This document shows positions 9,635 through 20,443 of a DNA stretch of 64,000 nucleotides, in pieces (the first letter of the stretch is position 1; every line of letters begins with the position of its first letter). The stretch comes from Vulcanimicrobiota bacterium. GTDB lineage: Bacteria > Vulcanimicrobiota > Vulcanimicrobiia > Vulcanimicrobiales > Vulcanimicrobiaceae. Under the pieces are notes generated by a model. It did not search any database. It saw only the letters and a program-made list of their open reading frames with translations, and was not told the origin of the DNA. A program made the translations under genes and the position numbers. The stretch lies in contig CAWETW010000001.1 of assembly GCA_963812155.1 (NCBI GenBank), forward strand, positions 480,001 through 544,000, read 5' to 3'.

Positions 9635-10511
9635 TTACCGATGGCCGGCTATTTTTCCATCGTAGTTGAGATAGAACTCGGTCCATTCGGTAAAGGTGAA
9701 CGTGCGGCCCAGCCATTCGTACCGTAAACCTGGATCGTACCATTCCAACTCGAAATGCTCGGCCACCCCCGGATGAACGGGGCTTTGCCCGTAAAAAGCC
9801 TTTCTTTCGTCGAGCCACCGCCGAACGGCTCCGGACGTCACCGGCGGCGTGCGGCCGAGCGTCGCTGCGACCTCCGGTCGTGAAAACAGTTGCATAGTGA
9901 TGTACGTCATGAATTCTTCGGTCGGATGGTGGAACATATAAAACAGTCGCGTGCGACGGAAGTTGGAGATGACGTAGTCGGCGACCTGGATCTCACAATC
10001 CCGCTCTCGCGATTTCATATCAGTGGTTTCTATTTCGTGTTTTCGGTCGAGGTTAACGACTAAGTTGATATCGACCGCAAGGTACGAGGCGAGCCGGTCC
10101 TTCGGGTTTGCCACAACGCGTCTGATATTTAGAGCGGAGCCGGTCCGATATCGCGAACGGGAAAAGGCCCCACGGCGCTTGAGGCGGGTCCAGCACGTTG
10201 CGTGGATCCGTCGTCATAAGCGGCCATAAGCTATTGAAGTGAATTGTCGGCACGCGCAACGTGCGACAGGAAGGCGGCAGACGAAGCCTTTCCGCATCGG
10301 TGAGCGCGTGATATTTTTTCCAGGGTGCCGCCTCAACTACGAGCAGGGAGCACCGCGACAGCACCTCATCGTCGACCGGCGTGCGTCCGTTCGGACCGCT
10401 CTGCGACGCAACGAACTCGAATGCATCGCGCGAGCCGGAGAGTTCTCGAAGCGCGTCGACCAACACCCCAATAACGCAGTTGCCCACTCCAAGAATAACC
10501 GGTTTGCTCAC
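9635..10511 (-). CDS. WcbI-family polysaccharide biosynthesis putative acyl/acetyltransferase, frameshifted near 10130
   Basis: N-terminal GNC, P.IHFNSLWP, FPFAISDR, LFYMFHHP, PVHPGVAEHFELEW. Confidence 0.7.
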
Positions 10512-10562
10512 GTCGAATAGACCTTACAACGCGGCGAAGCGGTCCTATTACCTGCGACGATG

Positions 10563-11320
10563 CTAATGCTTCGTCGTGATCCGTTGCGACTGGAGTTGCT
10601 CGTGAACGAGTTGGAAGGCGTCGGGCCCCGATACTTACTCCGCCGCGGAAGGGGTGGTCGACGGCCGCGATCATGAAAATGAGGAGCGACACTAAGATAC
10701 CGGAAACGATCGTCATCACGACATGCACTTTGAATCGCTCCAATGCAAGGAAATACGTGAGGAACACGGTGAGGATTCCGCCGATGACGACGACGGTCCA
10801 CATGGCTTCGGGCAACCCGGCGTCTTTGTCGTGCAAGCGTAGACGCCGCAACTCGATCATGCGTTCGAATTCTTCAATGGCCGCGGCGTGGATGATTCGC
10901 TCGCGTTCGTTCTTGGGCTCGAAGGAATAAAACGTCGACTGAAAGTCGTTCAATAGTGCGGCCGGCTGAGGCGGAACGACACCACGCTGTAGAAGCGGCC
11001 ATCCATCAACCACGGCCTGAGTATACGCTCGCAACTCTTCGCGTGACTTTGTCGTCGTAGTTCGAGTACTGCTCCCACGCTGCAACGGCGATGAGGCCCG
11101 CAACGATACCGTAGAAGACTGCCGCCGCCGCGATGTACGCATCCACACCTTCGTTGTGGCCCGGGCGCGGCCCGGTTATGGCGGTGACGAAGCGCCGCGT
11201 CGCGTACAGCCCAACGACGGAGAGCGCGGTGAAGACGACCACGATCAGCAGCCCCATCACCCGAGTTGGGAGATCGTACAACCAAAGCACGAGTGATCTC
11301 CTAGACGTTGCGACGGCCAA
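10563..11320 (-). CDS. DUF4239 / bestrophin-like membrane protein, frameshifted
   Basis: VFYGIVAGLIAVAAWEQY, LRAY...VV..WP, RRLRL...GLP..MW, DHPFRG; 3' end approximate. Confidence 0.7.
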
Positions 11321-11423
11321 GCCATTGTAGCATGCGGCGCCGCTAGGCGGATCCGGCGACGGGCGTCAGGCGAGGTGCAGCCCGCGGCACGCCGCCGGCA
11401 CGGGATGCGGCTACCGTGGTCGC

Positions 11424-13337
11424 ATGGGCAAGATCGTATGTGTCATCGTTATCGTCATCGCCGCTTGCGGCATCGTGAAGTCGGCTCCAGCGGCGGCCGC
11501 GACGCGGCTCGACGACATCGCCGCGAACGACAATACCGTTTCCGCCGGCATCCTTCGCAACGGAGTGCTGCATTTGACGCTCGTTGCGCGGCGCGGCATG
11601 TGGTATCCCGACGGCCGGGGCACTGCCGGCCTTCCAGTGGAGGCATTCGGCGAAGCCGGCAAGCCGCTGCAAATCCCCGGCCCGCTGCTTCGCGTTCCGG
11701 TCGGAACGCGGATCGTCGTGACGCTCCGCAACGAGCTCGGACACGAGCTGAACGTGCGCGGCCTTGCCCCGCCTGGTGCAACGACCGTCGTGCTCGCAGC
11801 CAACGGCGCAACGCGGCGGGTTTCCTTCGTACTAAGCCACCCCGGCGCATTCGGCTACTACGGCAGCGACAACCGCGGGGCAAACGGCAATAATCCTAGC
11901 GAGACGATCGACACCCGAATCTTTCGCGACGCCGAGCTGTCGGGTGCAATCGTCGCCGAAAACCCGAGAGCCCCGCGTGTGGACCACATCTTCGTGCTCG
12001 GGATTTACGATGCCGTAAAACTCCAAGACGGCACACCGAATTTTCTCTATATGCTCGAGACCATCAACGGCCGCGCATTCCCCGCAACCGAACGTCTCAC
12101 GTATCAACGCGGCAAGACCGTGCGTTGGGCAATCTTCAATGCATCTCTGATGGTTCACCCCATGCATTTACACGGGTTCTACTACCGCCTGGATCGGTCC
12201 GGGGCATACGACGAGGTAACGCATGCCTTCCGGCCCGGCGAAGCGGAGGAATTGACGTGGACCGCGGATCGCGCCGGCGATTGGATGTTCCACTGCCACA
12301 TCGACGACCACATCACGCGTCATTTGCCGGTGACGGAAATGCTTTCACACCAGCCCTCTAAAAACGATATTACAGCAGAAACCGTCGCAAGACGCTTTCA
12401 CCTACCGAACGAGCCGATGGGCGGCATGGTCATTGCGCTGCACGTCGCGGCGCGTCCCGGCGATCGAACGCCCGCCGCAACCGGCGCTTCGCGGCGTCTC
12501 TCGCTCGCGCTCGACGACCAGGACGTCAACAAACCGCCCTATCCCGGTCTTGCGAAGGCCACGATTCGTTTATCGGAAGGCGACCGCACGACCGATTCAA
12601 CCGGTAATCTCGGTCCAACGATCGTGCTTACTCGCGATCAACCGGTAGCGATTGCGATTACGAACCATACGCACGAAGAGTCGAGCATCCACTGGCACGG
12701 CATCGCGCTCGCCGACAGCTACTATGACGGCGGATCGGGAATGGGCATGGCGATGCACGGCGAGCGCGTGTCGCCGCCGATCGAACCGGGCGGCACGTTC
12801 GTCGCGCGCTTTGCGCCGCCGGATGCGGGAACGTTCATGTACCACGCGCATATGGACGACGGCTGGCAACTGGGAAGCGGCCTCGACGGGGCACTCGTCG
12901 TCACGCCCCCGGGACAGTCGTTCGATCCGAACACCGATCACGTCATAATGATCTCGGAGTCGTACGAAAAGGCCGGCTCGCCCTTCGTTGCGATTGGAGG
13001 GTCGCTCACGCCACGACCGATCTCGATGTCCGCCGGCGTCGCACAGCGGCTTCGGATTGGAGTGCTTACCCTCTCGGGTCAAAACCTGGTGGCGTCGCTC
13101 GTTGACGATGGACGCGTCGTTCGCTGGATTCCGATCGCGAAGGATGGGCGCGACCTTGCGTTGGCATTGCAGCGAGAACGCACGGCGACCACCGCCTTAA
13201 CGATCGGAGAAACGCGCGATTTCCGCTTCGTCCCGAGCCATGCCGGCAGATTCGAGCTGCGCGTATACGATCTTGACAACAACGGCATGCTGGTTGCGAC
13301 GCAACCATTTGAAGTAAGCGCCCACGGCGAGAAATAG
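11424..13337 (+). CDS. Secreted multicopper oxidase with rearranged cupredoxin domains
   Basis: HPMHLHG and WMFHCHIDDH precede IHWHG and MYHAH; signal peptide. Confidence 0.85.
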   Translation: MGKIVCVIVIVIAACGIVKSAPAAAATRLDDIAANDNTVSAGILRNGVLHLTLVARRGMWYPDGRGTAGLPVEAFGEAGKPLQIPGPLLRVPVGTRIVVTLRNELGHELNVRGLAPPGATTVVLAANGATRRVSFVLSHPGAFGYYGSDNRGANGNNPSETIDTRIFRDAELSGAIVAENPRAPRVDHIFVLGIYDAVKLQDGTPNFLYMLETINGRAFPATERLTYQRGKTVRWAIFNASLMVHPMHLHGFYYRLDRSGAYDEVTHAFRPGEAEELTWTADRAGDWMFHCHIDDHITRHLPVTEMLSHQPSKNDITAETVARRFHLPNEPMGGMVIALHVAARPGDRTPAATGASRRLSLALDDQDVNKPPYPGLAKATIRLSEGDRTTDSTGNLGPTIVLTRDQPVAIAITNHTHEESSIHWHGIALADSYYDGGSGMGMAMHGERVSPPIEPGGTFVARFAPPDAGTFMYHAHMDDGWQLGSGLDGALVVTPPGQSFDPNTDHVIMISESYEKAGSPFVAIGGSLTPRPISMSAGVAQRLRIGVLTLSGQNLVASLVDDGRVVRWIPIAKDGRDLALALQRERTATTALTIGETRDFRFVPSHAGRFELRVYDLDNNGMLVATQPFEVSAHGEK

Positions 13338-13411
13338 ATATCGTCGTGCTAATTGCACGTTAATTATCCCGCATCTCAAAGACTTCGGGGACGGGCAGTA
13401 ACAAGCCGGAG

Positions 13412-13445
13412 CGCGACTCGGAATCAAATTCCGGGTCGCGTTTTC
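13412..13445 (+). terminator. Intrinsic terminator after multicopper oxidase
   Basis: CGCGACTCGGAAT-CAA-ATTCCGGGTCGCG followed by TTTT. Confidence 0.75.
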
Positions 13446-13491
13446 ATTTATTTGAACTCCAAGCATTTATGAACACTGTTGCAGTAGGCGG

Positions 13492-14704
13492 TGACGTGCA
13501 GCCCTGAGTTATGCCGCGGATAGCTGGAGCGGTAGTATGATTTGGAGTCCGCGTGCGAACTCCTCGGGGGTTCGGTTCCCTAGGGCTTTGTGAGGCCGAT
13601 TGGTGTTGTAGTCGATTCTCCAGCGATTCGATGATTGAACGCGCGTGCCGCGAGGCTCGCGAACTCGTGCTCGTTCAAGACATTCGTCGCGAAAGCGCCC
13701 GTTGAAGGACTCGACGAAGGCATTTTGCGTTGGCTTTCCGGGCTGAATGAAGTGCAACCGGACTTTGCGATCGCGGGCCCAGCAAGCCATCGCAAGGCTC
13801 GTTAGTTCGGTGCCGTTGTCCATCACGATGGTCTGCGGAAAGCCGCGAACTGAGCCGATCGCATCGAGAACGCGCGCGACACGCCCACCTGAGAGCGACG
13901 TGTCGACCTCAATGGCGAGGCATTCACGCGTGAAGTCGTCGACGATGTTGAGCGTTCTAATGCGGCGGCCGCTTTCTAAGGTGTCGTGAACAAAGTCGAG
14001 CGACCAGCGTTCGTTAACCGTGGAGACGATCGGCGCAGCCGATCGCCTCGACCGAGTCGCAACGCGACGTTTCAGGCGCTTGCGGACCTGCAGATGTCGC
14101 CTCGCGATAGACGCGCAGAACCCGCTTGATGTTCACGATTCCAGCCGTCTCGCCGAAGCAGTACGGCGAGCCGTCGGTAGCCGAACCGTCGCCGTTCCGC
14201 AGCCAGCTCTTCAAGGCGTGCTACGAAGCGGCCCGTCGTCTTTCGGAATGCGAACGTAACGGATCATTCGCCGATTCGCTCGCACGTACCGACAGGCTTG
14301 GCGTTCGCTGATGTCGAGCTGCTCGCGAGCCGCCTGTACGACTCGACGCTTCTGCACAGGCGTTAGAAGTTTCCCGAGGCGGCAATCTTGAGCGTATCGA
14401 TGTGGAGCGCTTGATCGGCAACGATCCGCTTCAAACGACGGTTTTCGTCCTCGAGCTGCACGCATCTTGGCAACGTCGCTGACTTCCATGCCGCCAAACT
14501 TGGCTTTCCAGGCGTAGAACGTCGCTGGGCTGATCGCCGTGCCGCCGGCAGAGATCTTTGGTCGCGTCGCCGGCCTCGTGCTCTTTGAGGATGCCGACGA
14601 TCTGGGCTTCGCTGAACCGGGACTTCTTCACGGTGGTCTCCTTCGAGGCCGGAGGCCTCAGGATTCTCCACCTATCGTTGGATCACTTTACAGGCTGCAC
14701 GTCA
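13492..14704 (-). mobile_element. IS3-family insertion sequence (IS407-like group), 1213 bp
   Basis: TG...CA termini; imperfect ~39-bp IRs TGACGTGCAGCC...GATAG.TGGAG; orfA MKKSRFSEAQIVGILKE; GGGAAAC slippery site at orfA end; orfB WSLDFVHD, DNGTE, PGKPTQNAFVESFNGRFRDEC; several extra indels. Confidence 0.92.
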
Positions 14705-14748
14705 TGCGCACCACGACGTTCGACACAAATAGCGGAAGCCGACGTGGC

Positions 14749-14780
14749 TAAGGGGTCCCGGCAGTTGCCGGAACCCCTTA
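14749..14780. terminator. Hairpin terminator (possibly bidirectional)
   Basis: TAAGGGGTCCCGGCA-GT-TGCCGGAACCCCTTA, TTTT following on + strand; lies downstream of the 14809-15374 gene. Confidence 0.6.
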
Positions 14781-14808
14781 TTTTGTTGCGTTGCGAGATG
14801 CGCTAGGA

Positions 14809-15374
14809 CTAATTATTTACCGGTATGATCCCGAATTCCCACGGCCCCCAGCAGTTGCCCGCTCCAGGGCCGCCGTCACACTGAATATACGAGAGACTAG
14901 AGACCGCCTTGTTGTTGTTCTTAACGGGGAATGGTTTCCCGGTTAGGGTTATGTACTGGTAGCTCACGTTATCTTGTGTAGTGTCGGTAAAGAACGGGTT
15001 GGGATTCCAGTAATTGCTCCATCGTTTGGGAATGGGTCTGCCATTGATGGTCGTGATTGTGGTGGTCAGCCAGTATTCCTGCGCGCACGTATATCCGAGA
15101 TTTTCGCAGACATTCTCGATATAGGGTCCGCCCGGAGATTGTTGGTTGACGTCGATGCAGCCGTACGCATAGTTAGAGCACGGATTCCGGCCAGTCCGGG
15201 CGTAAGTTGCGTACTTTGAACATGCCCTTTGGCGGTTTACGAAGATGCATAGGGTTTACCACCGGAGAACGCGTTGCCGTTGGGTAGCGCCTGAGAAGTG
15301 CCGCCGCTGGAGCAAGCGGAAAACAGCAGACCGACGGCAATGATTCCAGACGAGGAAAGGATTGAAAGCCGCAC
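14809..15374 (-). CDS. Cys-rich secreted lipoprotein, frameshifted (not intact in ORF track)
   Basis: GTG after AAAGGGG; lipobox LFSAC; after frame change NPCSNYAYGCIDV...CENLGYTC...IQCDGGPGAGNCWGPWEFGIIPVNN*. Confidence 0.6.
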
Positions 15375-15591
15375 AGAGTCCCCTTTCTTTGCAACATATG
15401 CAAAATGCCGCCTTCCAAATGAAAGGCAGCACACCCCAGCGGGTCGCTTAGCCATAGACCAAGCAAGTCCTCCTCGGGTACGGCGGCACGTCACTCGAGG
15501 CCAGCGCACAGGCGTTCGCGGAACAGGGGCGCTCTAAACCATAGTGAATTTGCGCGCCACTTCTTTGTTGCGCTTGTAAAGGGCCAGCGAT

Positions 15592-15968
15592 ATGTCTCAC
15601 TATCGAGCTCCCCTCGCACTCTCCTTAGGCCTTCTCTATCTGACCGCTTGCGGCTCCGGGGCTCCGCAGTCACCCTCCGTTCCAACGGAACCGTAGTAGC
15701 GGCGGGGCGAGCATGGCTCGGCCCGACGAGACACTGTCTTGGGATCCCAATCCGGTGATCGTCAAAGAGAACGGTGAGAGAGACGAAGCAAAACTGTCCC
15801 AATGTAAGTTTTCACCCGAGCGACACGATGAAGCACTCCAAGGATTTGTACTTTAAACGCGTGATTCTGATTGCTCACGATCCGTTGAAGCCGATCTGCA
15901 CCCTTTCTGCAACATCGGAAAGCGCCCCGGCCTTGACAGCACAGCTCATCATCGAAATCCAAAAATAG
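15592..15968 (+). pseudogene. Degenerate lipoprotein gene
   Basis: MSHYRAPLALSLGLLYLTAC signal then early TAG; downstream fragments WDPNPVIV and CTLSATS...AQLIIEIQK in other frames. Confidence 0.45.
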
Positions 15969-16123
15969 ACGCCCAAAGATTACCGCTTCACGATTTAGGT
16001 TGACGCTAGCTTAGATTACCCTCTTTATGGCCGAGCCTGCAGTTGCTGATCAAGATAGCACGCACTGCCTCTGCCCTCACCGCCTCGGCCGCTTCACGGA
16101 ATCGCTCCAGCTCCTTCTCACGA

Positions 16124-16240
16124 ACGGATTGTGCTGAGCCATATGCCAGTCTGATCGACGTTGGTAGCATCCTGTCTGGCACGACCCACAGCGGAGATGG
16201 TTACGGCGGAGGCACGGTTTTCTGGCTGTCGAGATTCTGA
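16124..16240 (+). pseudogene. Remnant of GloVer-type tandem-repeat beta-propeller protein
   Basis: EPYASLIDVGSILSGTTHSGDGYGGGTVF resembles the P.A.LI.V.G.LYGTT..GG..G.GTVF repeat. Confidence 0.55.
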
Positions 16241-16296
16241 TTTAGGTTCATGACACGACGATCCCGCAAGGTCGGAGGTCACGAAGATCAAAGGAG

Positions 16297-16758
16297 GTGA
16301 CGATGGATCGGATCGAGCAAAACGAAGATTTACGCGAGGCTCGCTTGCGCTATTTTGAAACCTATCCGTTTCCGCTTTTCAGTCACATTGATCTGCGGGT
16401 TAGCGATGCCGATGCCGTACGGCCGTTTTACGATGCCCTTATGGCACTCTTCGGTACCGAGCCGACGACGCCACGGGTCGTGCGTTACGGGTATACTCGG
16501 CGCTACGGCAGCATCCGGGCGGATTTCTTCAATATTTTTTCCGATCCCGATGCGCGGCCCACAACTACGCGTATTGCCTACGCCGCTCCAAGCACCGCCT
16601 TTGTTGACGAAGTCGCGGACGTGGTTCGAACGCATGGTGCTCGAAATATTGAAGGTCCCCAATACTTCGAGCAGCACCACCCAACGTTCTACGCAGTCTT
16701 GTTCGAAGACCCCTTGGGCAATCGCTTCGAAGTTTGCCATCACGGCATGGATAAATAG
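16297..16758 (+). CDS. VOC/glyoxalase family protein
   Basis: HIDLRVSD....PFYDAL, RIAYAAPS...VD, IEGP, FYAVLFEDPLGNRFEVC; AAGGAGG SD. Confidence 0.85.
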   Translation: MTMDRIEQNEDLREARLRYFETYPFPLFSHIDLRVSDADAVRPFYDALMALFGTEPTTPRVVRYGYTRRYGSIRADFFNIFSDPDARPTTTRIAYAAPSTAFVDEVADVVRTHGARNIEGPQYFEQHHPTFYAVLFEDPLGNRFEVCHHGMDK

Positions 16759-16778
16759 TAGGAAATAGGAGAGCCCCA

Positions 16779-17863
16779 ATGTGTCTTCTGAAGTCGCTTC
16801 AAGTTGCATTGAGCGTCGTCGCCTTTTCAGCAACCGTCGCGGACTGTGGTAGCTCATCGCCTCAACCGGGTCCAGTCGTGCCGGGATCGTCCCTCGATTT
16901 CAACGGCAGAGCATCCACGCCGTACCGAAGCCAGAAATCCTGGATGCTATCCGGAGCCCAAAAACAGCAAAGCGTTCTCTATATTTCGAATCAAGGCAAC
17001 GGCAGCGTCACCGTGTACACGTACCTCGATGGCGGCGGCCTAGTTTTGGTTGGAACGCTCGGAGGATTTTCAAAGCCTGGCGGCATGTGCACAGACAGTG
17101 CCGGCGACGTCTGGATTACAGATTACGGCACAAGTTGATTTCCGAGTACGCGCACCGGCGGTTCGACTCCGATATGTACGATCAAACAGCGTCCCCTCGG
17201 GCTCCCTACGATTGTGCCGTCGATCCGCTAACCGGGAACTTGGCGGTTGCGGTCCAGCATCCACACGCGAAGTATGGGGCGAAAAGCGACGTCGCCGTGT
17301 ATGCCAAGGGAGCGAAAACCGGAAGCATCTACACCTTCCCAAGCGGCTTCAGAAACGTGTACTTCGTGGCATACGATAATAAGAGCAATCTCTATCTCGA
17401 CGCTGCTCCGTGCCCTCCGTCCGGCTGCGGCTCGCTCAACTCGAAACCGACGTACCGAGGAGCACCGCAAGCTCGACCACAGTTGTACAACCCTGGGCTC
17501 TTTAAACTTTCAAGAGGTGGATCGTTCTTTTCCCAGCTCGCCATTAGTGGCGCTACGCTCAACTCGCCCAGCGCAATCAACTGGATCAAGCCAACGCTGC
17601 TGCTGGGCGACCACAACTTTGAGGGCCAAGGCACGAACGGAGCATACAAGTTGCTTGTCTCAGGCTCTACGGCGACCGTCGTTGGAACGCTTCCGTTCAA
17701 TGGAACGCAGCAGGCCTACGGATTCTGGCGACGCGCCGGGCGCGTCGTGGTACCCGACTACACTGGGAACATCGTGCGTATCTACGATCTCTCGAACGGC
17801 TCGCTTGACTCCACGCTGACTACCGAGATTTCGTCACCGTTCGGCGCGGTAGTCAGCCAGTAG
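16779..17863 (+). CDS. Secreted beta-propeller-like lipoprotein, frameshifted near 17135
   Basis: Signal ending VADC; LYISN, PGGMCTDSAGDVWITD, CAVDPLTGNLAVA, YDNKSNLYLD, PFGAVVS. Confidence 0.7.
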
Positions 17864-17928
17864 CAGCGGAGGAAAGACGGTCTTTAAAAGAAGGCTGAGC
17901 TGTCACCAACTACGAAAGAATATGTGAA

Positions 17929-18162
17929 ATGACGTTACCTGTTAAGGTCCTCGTTTATTGCGATCCGGATCCGATTGGAGTGCTGAGCTTCTTGCGGGTT
18001 CCGAACGTTGGAGAGTACATCCAGACAGACTCAGCGTTGCTTCGAGTCACGAAAGTCTTGCACAACACGCAAGAAAACGCTTTGGAGGGTGCCGGCGTCA
18101 TGTGCGAAAGGGTCGAAGGCGAGCACCACCACCACCATGATTCCAACGGCGGCGCACCATGA
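17929..18162 (+). CDS. Small hypothetical protein with penta-His tract
   Basis: 77-aa ORF, RVPNVGEYI...RVTKVLH, EHHHHHD. Confidence 0.55.
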   Translation: MTLPVKVLVYCDPDPIGVLSFLRVPNVGEYIQTDSALLRVTKVLHNTQENALEGAGVMCERVEGEHHHHHDSNGGAP

Positions 18163-18198
18163 ATTCCACCGGCCGAATAACGGCCGCCGAGCCCTAAG

Positions 18199-19215
18199 CT
18201 AAGCGAACGGCTGCGAGGGAACGACGGCGGCGTTTTCAATCAAGCCTTCAGATCGGAGATCCAACCAGAATGAAGGTGGGATCCCCGTTTTGAGCGACGT
18301 GTAGTCGGCGAGCACCTGTTGGGGATTTGCGCAGCCGACAACCAGCGCGACCGCGACGTCGGGCGCAATCGAAAACTGTAGTGCGGCCGTGCGAAGGTCG
18401 ACACCGTACCGCTCCGCAATCGCGCGCAGCCGCGCGCGCTTCTCGACGATTCCAGCCGGAATCTCGTAATTGTCCTTTCCATAGTTAAAGCGCGCACTTC
18501 CGCTGATGAATCCGGCGTTAAGCGACGAACCGACGACGAAGACCATTCCACACTCGCGTGCCTTTGGAAAGACCTGATGCAACGCATTCTCGTGATCGAT
18601 CAAGGAGTATTGACGTGCCAGGAGACAGACGTTTGCATCGGCGACCTCCATCAGCTTAAGAATCGGTTCGGGTGAGTTGACGCCAAGTCCCCACGCTTTG
18701 ATCATGCCTTCGTCGCGCATCTTACTCAACGCCGGGAAGGCGCCGGTGCGCGCGATCTCAAATTGCTCTTCCCACGGGCCGGGCAGCAACCGGTTATCCG
18801 GTGACAGGTCGTGCACGAAGACGACGTCGAGGGCGTCGATGCCGAGGCGCTGCAGGCTGTCTTCTATCGAGCGTTTGACGCCGTCGGCGGTGTAGTCAAA
18901 ACGGAGATTGTTCGGCGACGAAGTAAACGGGAAGTACTCTTTCGCATTATTGTCGCGCGACGCCGTAAGGAGTTTGCCGACCTTCGAAGATACAACGTAT
19001 TCGCCGCGCGTTTGCTTGTGTAAAAAACTGCCCAAGCGTCGCTCCGCCAGTCCGAGTCCGTACCATGGAGAAGTGTCGTAGTAGCGCACTCCGGCGTTCC
19101 ACGCAGCCTCGACCGTCGCATACGCAACCTCATCGGTAACGTACGCAAACTCATTCCCAAACGGCACGCCGCCAAGGCCAAAGGGCTTTCCGCTAAAGAT
19201 TTCGGTCGCATTCAC
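18199..19215 (-). CDS. Aldo/keto reductase (D-threo-aldose 1-dehydrogenase-like)
   Basis: GVRYYDTSPWYGLGLAE, SSKVG, FDYTADGVKRSIEDSLQRLG, HD. Confidence 0.9.
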   Translation of the reverse strand: MNATEIFSGKPFGLGGVPFGNEFAYVTDEVAYATVEAAWNAGVRYYDTSPWYGLGLAERRLGSFLHKQTRGEYVVSSKVGKLLTASRDNNAKEYFPFTSSPNNLRFDYTADGVKRSIEDSLQRLGIDALDVVFVHDLSPDNRLLPGPWEEQFEIARTGAFPALSKMRDEGMIKAWGLGVNSPEPILKLMEVADANVCLLARQYSLIDHENALHQVFPKARECGMVFVVGSSLNAGFISGSARFNYGKDNYEIPAGIVEKRARLRAIAERYGVDLRTAALQFSIAPDVAVALVVGCANPQQVLADYTSLKTGIPPSFWLDLRSEGLIENAAVVPSQPFA

Positions 19216-19331
19216 GAAATGATTATACCCGTGCGGTCGACCGTTAATACGCGCTTAAACCAAGTACGATACGCTGGGAACACTCAACCCGTTCGCGGGA
19301 CATCCGCGCGCAGCTTCAACGAGGGGGTTTC

Positions 19332-20232
19332 GTGTCTAGCTACTTCGCTAAACTTCTACGGTCGTGTTGGGCGATCGTGCTCGTCGCGGGCGCGACCGCG
19401 TGCTCGGGTGCCGGGATGACCGGAAGCAACCCTCCTGCCGTCTCCGCGCCGGCCCGCCGAGCGCCGGCCCCGCAGGCATCGCCGCACGCATCGTACGTGA
19501 CGATCGTCCTGATGGAGAATAAGGATGAAGACAGAATCATCGGCAGTCCGAAGGCGCCGTATATTAACGGGACGCTCGTTCCAAGTGGTGCGCTGCTCGC
19601 CAACAGCCACGCGGTCGGCCATCCCAGCGAACCCAACTACCTAGCGTTGTTTTCAGGCTCGACGCACCACGTCCACGGCGACCCGTGCCCGCTCAGCTAC
19701 CACAGCACCAACGTAGCATCCGAACTCATCGCCGCAGGGCTTGAGCTTTGGCGGCTACTCGGAATCTATGCCGTACGACGGATTCACCGGCTGCGAGACG
19801 CAGAAGTACGCGCGCAAGCACAGCCCATGGGTCAACTTCACGAACGTCCCGGCAAGCGACAACCTCGTGTACCATCGCTTTCCGAAATCGCCGCAGTCGC
19901 TCGTCTGGATCACGCCCAATCTCTGCAACGACATGCACAACTGCGAAATATCGCGCGGCGACAAGTGGCTTTCGAATCACCTGCCGCCCATCATCGCCTG
20001 GAATGAGCAGCACAACGGTCTATTGATCGTTACGTTCGACGAGGCGTCGCCGGATCGCAATCACACGAACCATATCGCGACGATATTCGTCGGCCCGATG
20101 GTCGTGCCGGGCAGCGTCAACCAGCAGGACGTGGACCATTATTCGGTTCTGCAGACGATCGAATCGATCTTCGGCCTACCATGTATTCTGAACGACTGCA
20201 GCGCAACGACGATCACGGGCATTTGGCAGTAG
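19332..20232 (+). CDS. Phosphoesterase / acid phosphatase lipoprotein, frameshifted near 19745
   Basis: ATAC lipobox; IVLMENK, HPSEPNYLALFSGS, YARKHSPW, PNLCNDMH, VTFDE, DHYSVLQTIE. Confidence 0.85.
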
Positions 20233-20443
20233 CCCTCGGGTAGCCGGCTTCCGCGCCCCGACCCCTCGACTTGGTCCGCTTCTTCTACTCGATCGCCCGC
20301 ATGCTCCCGGAGCATTGACGTTTAAGGCACGCGGCGCGCGGGCATAACGCCCAAGCAAGAAACAGTTGAGTACTTCCACGACACAGAGCGGCCGCTGCTA
20401 ACTCCTCAGTGGCCGCTCTTTCCGTTCTCAAGCACACTAGTAT

